From assembly GCF_006345805.1 (NCBI RefSeq), contig NC_043000.1, positions 122,264,001-122,328,000 on the forward strand: 64,000 nt of DNA. The letters are read 5' to 3'. Within the stretch, counting starts at the first letter, position 1. Each line of letters opens with the position of its first letter. Under the pieces are notes generated by a model, which made no database searches, was not told where the DNA came from, and was given only the letters and a program-made list of their open reading frames with translations. This document shows, in pieces, positions 55,194 through 64,000 of this stretch. The stretch comes from Octopus sinensis (lineage: Eukaryota). Made by a program: the position numbers and the translations under genes.

Positions 55194-56088
55194 TTTCATA
55201 CCTACAGTATTCCAAGTGGCTTATTTCATGGTATTATAAGACCATCTGGCATCTTACCTTAATGACCCTCACTCAATTGCTACCACTTGGATCTGACCCT
55301 GAATTGTTGACGGATATTGAAATCCTTCATGATAAATAGAAAATATAAATTAGTGATTTTAGCTTCTCTTTCCCCATATTTTACAGTTTTTTTTTATTTG
55401 CATTGGCTGATATATTTTAGAATGAATATTGGCAACCTATTTATGTAAATTGCCCTATGCCTAGGTATGGCCACTTTGTCATAGTATGAAACTGTTTTGG
55501 TGTGTTATTTTTATCATCTACTTTTCTGATAATAGTATATCGTAATATTATGAATTCAATGATAAAAAATATATACGGTACCTTGTAGAACTGACGAAAT
55601 ACAGAAATTTCTTGCGTAACAGGATTTTTGTAAAGCGTTTCTGATAAATTTATCGTAACCCTAAGTTACTTTTCCCCATTGGTTTTCATGTTATAAAGTA
55701 GTAATGCGTTTGGAGAAATTTTTCAAACAACAAAATAAGTCATAAGATTACTTTTATGCACGAAAGAAAAAGAAGAAACTTTCTGAAAATACATAGTACA
55801 AAATGTGTATAGGAGAACATTTGCAGAGGTTGGGGAATGAATAAGAATCGTAATACCGAAATAATGTAGTTCTTACGACGAAAGATGTTGATTCTATGTG
55901 AAGGATGTTGGTAAGAAAACAAATATCTACTTGGGATAAAATCGTCTACCTTACAATTCTTCATCACCATTTACTTAAGTGTCGAAGGCCTTATCCGAAA
56001 GAATCTAACCACATCATGTCTTTGTACAGATCACAGCAGGAGTTGACCTCATTCGAAACTCCTCTTGTATTTATAATATTACATTAAT

Positions 56089-56390
56089 GAAGGTAGCGAT
56101 CTGGCAGAAGCGTTAGTACGCCGGGCGAAATGCGTAGCCGTAATTTCGTCTGCCGTACGTTCTGAGTTCAAATTTCGGGGTTTGATTAAATAAGTACCAG
56201 TTACGCACTGGGTTCGATGTAATAGATTTAACCCCTTTGTCTGTCCTTGCTTGTCCCCTCTATGTTTTCCCCCTTGCGGGCAATAAATAAGAAATGTTAG
56301 CAAGTCTGGCGAAATGCTTAACAGTATTTCGTCAGTCTTTACGTTCTGAGTTCAAATTCCGCCTACCATCATTTTGGGGTCGATAAATAT
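56089..56390 (+). mobile_element. SINE family B with internal deletion plus a partial second module
   Basis: aggtagcgatctggcagaagcgttag...ctgagttcaaatt. Confidence 0.75.
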
Positions 56391-56445
56391 GTAGGGGTCG
56401 GTAGGGTTACGAGGGAGGGGTGACACTATATTTTCTTTTATTATC

Positions 56446-57987
56446 CAGGTCAATCATTCCTGAATAAAATTAAAAAAACACTTGTCCAGTTTTTTTAAAC
56501 GTTTTACGGGATATGTAGGATTTTGTATCCCATGTCTCGTGTACCTTTCGTCTAAATCAGTGTACATTCAAAACGGAAATGAAGAAAAACACGTTTATAG
56601 GGTGTTTCTTTTTATTATGCGAGTTAACAAGATATTGCTCTCGCACATGTGATATATGATTCTGAAATGTTTCTTTTTCTAAATTTCAGATATAACATCA
56701 AAAGAGAAGAAAGAAATAGTGAAACTACTGAGAGAAGCGGATACGACAATTGTAATTTCTAAAAAATTAAACAGATATCACATAACAATAAAAAACAGGT
56801 ACAAAATATTGTGATATTAAGAATATGGAAGAAAACGGGTTTCAAGAACATCACAAATAGAGATAAGAGAAAACTCAAAAGCATTATGTGTAAAAAGATG
56901 TGGGTTAACTAGCAAAGAAATCTTTGAAGAGGCAGGATTCTCTAACATAAAAGGGAAAACGTAGCGCAATACTAAAAGAAATAGGTGAAGTCAAACATTT
57001 CGCAAAATTGCCTCCTTTAAATAAAGTACATAAAAAAAGAGTAACGTGGGCAAAAAGATATATATAGAGAGACTTTAGAAATTAATTTTTACTGACGAGT
57101 TCAGAGCAACATTAGATGCACCTGATGAAGGGGCAAGAGGCTGGATGTTAAATGGAAAATGTTAACCAACACGATTAAGTGGACAGCAGGGTGGTGGAGT
57201 AATCATGTTTTGCTGTAGTATAGTTGGAGGAGTCATTATAGGTCCAATTAAAGTTACTGATGGAGTCAAAATACATTATGAAGATTATTGAAAGTTTCTA
57301 GATGACGACTTCTTCCATTGGTACAATTGAACATCGCGAGGTCTCAGGTTAAAGCACATATTTATTACATGATAATGCCCCGTTCATACTCTGCCAAACT
57401 CACTATTAGCCATTTAGTTAAGAAAGGTTTCAAAAAACATAAGTTAAAGGGATGGCCCTCGCCAATCTCCAGGTCTAAACCCAATAGAGAATTTGTGTTC
57501 AACTATTAAACAAAATGTGTTATATTCTAATGGTAAACAATATCTGAAAAAGGATTTACTTTGGGAAGCAATAAAAACTTCTGCAATTAATATTAAAAGT
57601 GAGATTGTTGAGAAATTGATAAAATCAGTTGATGAGAGAATATTAAAAGTTACAGATGGCAAAGGAGGCTATAGAATGACGTAAATTATATAGATAATTG
57701 TTTGCAAATATAATTATATGGTGGCAGATATACGTATAGATTAATGGTCTGTTCATGGTCTAGTTCCATGTGTAAATCACATATTATGTAGTTTATATAA
57801 TATTTGTTAACTTGCATAATAAAATAAAACACTCTATAAACGTGTTTTTATTCATTTTCTTTTTTAAATATACACCGATTTAGACTAAAAATAAACGGGA
57901 TATGGGATACATAATCCTACATATCCCGTAAAAATGTCAAGAAAATCGAACAAGGGATTGTAATTATATTGAGGAATGATTGTACTG
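56446..57987 (+). mobile_element. Tc1-family DNA transposon, full length (~1.54 kb), ~165-bp TIRs, transposase decayed
   Basis: Left caggtcaatcattcc...ttacgggatatgtagga...aaacacgtttatag mirrors right ctataaacgtgtttt...tcctacatatcccgtaa...ggaatgattgtactg. Internal IFTDEFRATLD, HDNAxSYSAK and WPS...KPN remnants; C-terminus KSVDERILKVTDGKGGY. Confidence 0.88.
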
Positions 57988-58023
57988 CATAATAAAAGGA
58001 AATATATAGAGTGTGTATATATA

Positions 58024-58103
<80 letters not shown>

Positions 58104-58124
58104 TATATATATAATATATATAGT

Positions 58125-58440
58125 GTCAAATATCCCAGCAACGCTATCAATGCACACGAACAGAAACTGCAATAACTTGGATTTCAAGGTCCCACGGCTC
58201 TTCAACGTCCTTCCAAGACGCCTGAGAGACCTGCATGTTCTGGACGTAGGTGTCTTCAAAAAAGTAAAAATGGACTCCCTCATATCAAGGGATCCGAATG
58301 AGCCTACCTGTAGGCAAGAAACACAGATGACGGCAGCAGGATCAACCACCCTCAAATAATGAAGGTCTAGCAAAACCAACATTGGTCCTCCAGTATGACC
58401 GCAGCTTTCAAGCTGAGACAACTTAAATAATTAAAGGATT
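58125..58440 (+). mobile_element. CR1-type LINE 3' end fragment
   Basis: ORF 58123-58359: KVPRLFNVLPRRLRDL...VFKKVKMDSLISRDPNEPT (CR1 C-terminal GP.LFN.LP...FK..LD motif). Confidence 0.72.
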
Positions 58441-58448
58441 AAAGAAAT

Positions 58449-58453
58449 ATCTA

Positions 58454-58517
<64 letters not shown>

Positions 58518-58542
58518 AATGAATGAATCAATGAATGAATCA

Positions 58543-58612
<70 letters not shown>

Positions 58613-58663
58613 TTATCTACCTACCTACCTATCTTTCTATCTATCTATCTATCTATCTATTTA

Positions 58664-58725
<62 letters not shown>
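58449..58725. repeat. (ATCT)n-(GAAT)n-(ATCT)n-(TA)n compound microsatellite
   Basis: Direct inspection. Confidence 0.9.
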
Positions 58726-58727
<2 letters not shown>

Positions 58728-58891
58728 GTATATATGTTCGTGTATATACACACATATACAAACACGTATAAAAGACTAGATATATGTAAAGAACCAATGT
58801 TTCTAATCGATAGAATCGAACCAATAACTTTACTATTCTTCTTCACAAACTCCACACCAAACTTTTCCTCTCTTCTCCTTCAATCTCACAG

Positions 58892-59082
58892 TTTTACTGA
58901 TTAAGCTGAAGATTGATTTCACTTCTGTGTTTCAACTCTGATATGTGACAGCTGAGAAATATCTCATATTGCAAAATTTTCATCATCAATCCAAAGAACG
59001 GTTTCTTTCAGAAATTGGAAATTTTCCGCTCGAAAGGTTGGAGAGACAGTAAATAAATGGACACAGGAATGGAAATAGTCTG
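58892..59082 (+). other. Candidate spliced exon (5'UTR + start codon, MDTGMEIV...) of an unidentified host transcript
   Basis: Polypyrimidine acceptor ttttcctctcttctccttcaatctcacAG (58890-58891); alternative acceptor tttctttcAG at 59010-59011; strong donor CTG|GTAAGT at 59083; ATG at 59057 directly after an in-frame TAA. Confidence 0.35.
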
Positions 59083-59119
59083 GTAAGTATGTTTGGTAAA
59101 TATCTATTTCACATTTCCA

Positions 59120-59165
59120 TTATAATATATATATAATATATATATATATATGTATATGTTATATA

Positions 59166-59232
<67 letters not shown>

Positions 59233-59262
59233 TTATATATATATATATATATACGTATATAT

Positions 59263-59296
<34 letters not shown>

Positions 59297-59299
59297 ATG

Positions 59300-59331
<32 letters not shown>

Positions 59332-59470
59332 AATATACATAAATATATATACATAAATTACATATTATATAGATACACATACATATGATATATATATATA
59401 TATATATATGTATATGTATATATATATACATGTAACATATATATGTGTGTGTATATATATGTATGTATAT
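59120..59470. repeat. Long compound (TA)n microsatellite
   Basis: Direct inspection. Confidence 0.9.
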
Positions 59471-60075
59471 GTATGTATATATGTGTGTGTGTGTGTGTGG
59501 AATTAGCTTGTCTTTTTTACCGTTTTATAGAATGAAACAAATAATAATGTGTTTTATTTATAACAAGCTACTACATAAAAGTTTCTGAGACGAAACAAGA
59601 CAGTAACTGCACGAAGTAAATTACAATACCATCATCATAATAAAAACAACACACATTTCAACAACTGCTTCAGCAATACCGGCAACAAGCGAATGAGGAA
59701 AGCATTTACTTACTTCCTCGGCTAAACTGAAATACGTGCAATTTTTTCTCGTCTCATCACATTGTTTTAAATAGGGGGAAGAACTCATTAGATAATGTAT
59801 CCAAATTATTAAGGACCCTCAAAGATGCAATGGTTTAGAACATAGGCTTGCTCACACATTTTGAGGTGGGCATACCAGCGATGCCTATGCTAATTGTAGG
59901 AAATTATTAGAATAAGTATACAACCACAACCAAGAAGATACGAACATTGTATTTGCTACTAACAAATAAATACTGAAATGCTTTCAAATACGGGTCTCAC
60001 TCTTGTGAAACAGACAAAGGTAATATGACACCAACGTGCAGGAAGAAAACAGTAACAGCATCTAGTCGTCAGGTA

Positions 60076-60343
60076 TTGGGTTGTCCGGAAAGTTCGTGCC
60101 GATTTTTAAAGGAAAGTAAAAGGTCAATAAATACTTGCCAGTGCATTTTTAATCAATCAAATATGAACCATTTTGTTGCAGAATGCGTCTCCATTTTTCC
60201 TTTAACTTGAAAATACCCTCTTCCGAGAATTGAGGTGGTTTCATGGCAAAGAATTCATCAAGGCATCTTTTTACGTCATCCAAGGAATTGAAATGTTTAC
60301 CATTAAAACTATTCTGCGGAGACCTGAATAAGTGGAAATCCGA
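60076..60343 (-). mobile_element. Mariner transposon 3' end (TIR + last 64 codons of transposase)
   Basis: TA then ttgggttgtccggaaagttcgtgccgattt; the minus strand 60343-60149 reads SDFHLFRSPQNSFNGKHFNSLDDVKRCLDEFFAMKPPQFSEEGIFKLKEKWRRILQQNGSYLID*. Confidence 0.9.
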
Positions 60344-61659
60344 TAATTTGTATAAAATATATCCAAATTACTGAAGAACGTCAAAGATGCAATGGTTGAG
60401 GTCTTAGGCTTGCTCACACTTTCTGAGTTGTGCATACCAGCAATGTCTGTTGTAATTGTAGAAAATTATTAGAATAATTATGCAACCACAACCAAGAAAG
60501 CACGAACATTGATATTGCTAGTACCAAATAAACTTTAACAGCAATTATCGTACCTGTGATAATTTAGCTATAGCTATATCTTGTACAGAGATTTATTGAA
60601 ATATTCGAATTAATATGTAGCACTTTGTGAAGTCTCTATCCTATTACTGAATCTTATCACCCGGTTCTATATTCTCATCGCGTGCCAACGTTATATTATC
60701 AGAATGATTGCACAAATAGCTTGAAATGTCATTCTTATGTTCATAAAATCAAAACCCTCCTTAACATGTAAGATTAGATAGTTGTAAGACAGTCTAATGA
60801 GCCGTTATTAGCAATGCTGAAATGCTTTCGAATACGGCTCTCCCTCATGTAAAACAGAGAAAGGTAAAACGACATCAACGTGGAGGAAGAAAACAATAAC
60901 AGCATCTAGTTGTCAGGTACATTCCCCTCATTTCGCAACGTGGCTAGAATTCGGTGAAAATCACTTACAGTTCGTTAACAAACGTATCCATTTACAACTT
61001 TTGTGAACTTATAGACATCTAATCGTTACAGTGGAACAATAATCAGAAAAGCCATTTTTATTCATGTTTTCAAATATATAATATTGTACAAATGGCTTTC
61101 GGTTTCTTATTCGACTATGTAAATATGTATGGATGAGAGTTGCGATATCGCATGAAATTTAGTGGTATTAGGGATTTAAAACAATTGTGTGCCTGCATGG
61201 GAGGTGATCACTATTAATAACCAGCTGACTACGATTATTTTCATATGATATGATCGCTATTGACCGTAAATTGCAATAATTAATCTAACTAGTGTAGACT
61301 GTATGTTGCATAAGAGAAAATATACATGTGAAAAATGAAGTGTTATGAATTCGCCATCAAGTTCAGTCCTTTCCCATTGTCGTCATAAATATGCCTTCAG
61401 GAATTCCATATGGCAATCTTCGACGCGTATTTATCTTTCATTCATATTATATTCAGCAAACTAGCATGTGTGATGAGGAGAAGTATTTGTGGTGTAAGGA
61501 GTTACAAGCAGAGTTGTATGTTGGTGGCTGACACCCACTTTGAGCAGTATCTCATTCCATTATACGAACTACGGCAATGAGTCGATACAGAAATTATTGT
61601 GGAGGTTATTTAAAGTGACATAATGATGTTTTGTTGCATCGTCGTTGTAGTTGTTTATA

Positions 61660-61968
61660 TTGTACAATAAAACACCCCCTTCGGTCATGAATGACCACGG
61701 GGTTGCATTTAGAAAGTTACCCACCGAGGCACAAACCCGAGTAAGGTTGTTTATGGAAGCCCAACAGTCACCTGTACATACCAGACTCCCCTCTTCACGC
61801 CGCCGATGTTGTCCAAGAGTAAGGAAAGGGCCGATACATCTGAGTGAACAAGAGCAACGTCAAATAAAGTGTCATGCTCAAGAACACAACACACAACCTG
61901 GTCCGAGAATCGAACTCAATACCGCATCCTTGTGAGCCGGACGCTCTAACCACTGAGCCATGCACCTT
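61660..61968 (-). mobile_element. Older tRNA-derived SINE related to family C
   Basis: ggtccgagaatcgaactc...ctctaaccactgagccatgcacc is the reverse complement of a tRNA-like head. Confidence 0.7.
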
Positions 61969-64000
61969 TACACATTGTATAATATTCATTTAAATATTTG
62001 TAAATTTTGTCATGAAGTTTCTAGACGGTGGGGAATTGCATGTATTATAGTCGGGGGGTGAAACGCCAGGGATGGGTGGTTTTCTTGAGTTGGTGCATTT
62101 TAAGTTGTTATTTATTTTTGTTCCCTTGCTATATTAAATGGTACATCGGTAAATGTGGAGAGATCAACGAATATGTGGGGGAACATGGTTAAAGTATTTA
62201 TAAACTGAATTGCTATTGATATTGGGGTGGTGATCTACTTGATCGATCTACTTGAGCTCTAATGTGAAGTGGATTGAACGAACAACTCGGTTATCTAGAA
62301 TGAGATATTGCTTTGATTGGATGTGTGTGTGATGTTAAAACTTTCTGATCTGATATGATTTGTATTTATTTTTATTTATGTTTTTTTACTTGTTTAAGTC
62401 ATTTGATTGCGGCCATGATGGAGCAACGCCTTATGTAGGTGAAATATAATTTACTTCCATTATATTGGAAAAGCTGCCTCTTTCTCCGTCTTCCATTCTT
62501 TGGACATTTTCTTTTTTTCTATATTCCTGACGAAGAGCTCCGCTCGAAACGTTAAGTCCTTCTTCCTTTTATTTTATAGCCTAAACTCACAACGAAATTT
62601 CTTGGCAAGATCAATAGCTTTAACAGCAATTCAGAAGTTACAACTGCTGTTTTGTCCTTTAAATTTAGTGGTTTTGACAAAATTTCTGCAATTTATGAGT
62701 GGATTAATTATTGCATAGATCTTTTTACTCTGCATAAATCTTGATAGTGACTTCTCATCTATTTTCTTCTACCTCTGACTAAAAAAATGTTTTGTATGAA
62801 TCATTACTGAAGGTGTTCCAAGCGTTTTCATGAATATTTATTGTCGTATCCATTGGTAATTTCTAGAATCAGATGCTATGGATTTCGTACGAATATACAC
62901 GCAGTAATGCACTCAGAGTTTGAGCACTGGATGATAACACCCCCATTTAATTTGTAAGAGTGGGCTTCGAGATTTTGCGAGATTACGGAAAATGGAAGAT
63001 GCAAAAGATCATGAACTACAGGCAGAAACAGAGCGAATAAATATATAACGAGAAGTAATCAATCAGGGAATATAGTATTGACAGTTTTCTTTCTGATGTG
63101 TCTGATGAAAGCGCAGCAGAGCATCTGTATTCAAATATATCATTCTGTGCATTTTTTCGAGTTTATGTGTATAGGTGTATATGCATGTGTATGTGTGCGT
63201 ATCTGTGTGTGTATAAATGCATTTATGTACGTATACATGCTTACATGTCCATATATAACGTTACTCATTTAAATACTGGGCTGTAACAATGCATGCACCC
63301 CGTCATAAATATATACACGCTCTCTGTCTTTCTCTCTCTTTGCCTATATATACTCATTGAAGGATTGAGAGGGGATAAAAAGAAAGAGAAAGAGAAAGAG
63401 AGAGAAAGAGGTGTGTGTATGTGTGTGTGTGTGATGTTGCAAATCTAAATTTAGTTTCTTAAAAAATAAAATTGAAACCAAAATTACTAAGGGCCCCTAC
63501 CGAATCAATTTAAATATCTTTAATTATTTGCTAAACTCACATGAAATAAAAGCAAGGGTTGATGTTGTATGATATATTATCTTCACAATGAATATTTATA
63601 ATTCACTTCATCCATGTTAACTGTCCTCGAAAACAATATTCTATTTTTGAAGCATTATTGATATTCGTCAAACACATGATACACTTAAAGAAACTTAATG
63701 TTGCTTTCTTCGTCCGGCTACTGCTAAACACAATAATTTCACTAGAAATGCATGGTAAGACCCAAAACAATTTTTAGGTGTTATATTTCAATTACAATAT
63801 TAGAGATTTAAGTGGACGAGAATCAAATTTTCATTCCGTTTGGGCACATGACTATCACAACGAATATTCACACAAGACCAGGGTTTTGTTCTAACAGATA
63901 AGTAAGCTGAGATTTTTTCGAATAAATTATATAGCCTAAGCTAACAACGAAATATTTACACCAGACTTATAATGAGAACGTGTGTGAGTAGTCTTCAAAT

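Noticed and set aside
55258-55299. Minus-strand AAG|GTAAGA donor with a short upstream exon
   Set aside because: Stops in all three frames and a weak acceptor.
62940-63130. Coding-like acidic peptide scraps (GLRDFARLRKMEDAKDHELQAE)
   Set aside because: Short, interrupted by stops, no recognisable family.

Overview
AT-rich, microsatellite-dense eukaryotic non-coding DNA. It is most likely from an octopus (inference: the three tRNA-derived SINE families and the (TA)n/(GATA)n/(TTA)n load resemble Octopus repeats). I recognise no host protein-coding gene; there are only a few isolated exon-like segments. Every long ORF is transposon-derived: (1) a Penelope-like RT remnant (3.6-5.0 kb); (2) the 5' half of a CR1-type LINE, with an intact PHD + CCCH ORF1 and an AP-endonuclease start that runs into an A4T4-rich tandem repeat (5.2-8.5 kb); (3) a cluster of R4/Dong-type elements in one (TAA)n array (17.1-20.6 kb); (4) a Tx1/L1 fragment; (5) a 5'-truncated CR1 RT (24.9-26.8 kb); (6) a second decayed Penelope-like element (27.3-28.6 kb); (7) a Tc1 MITE; (8) a full-length decayed Tc1 with long TIRs (56.4-58.0 kb); (9) a mariner end. 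Best lead: the LINE ORF1/ORF2 overlap carries an in-frame U UUU UUA slippery heptamer exactly where the ATG-less ORF2 frame opens, suggesting gag-pol-like -1 ribosomal frameshifting in a non-LTR retrotransposon. Coordinates were read by eye; repeat boundaries are approximate to within about 10-20 nt.
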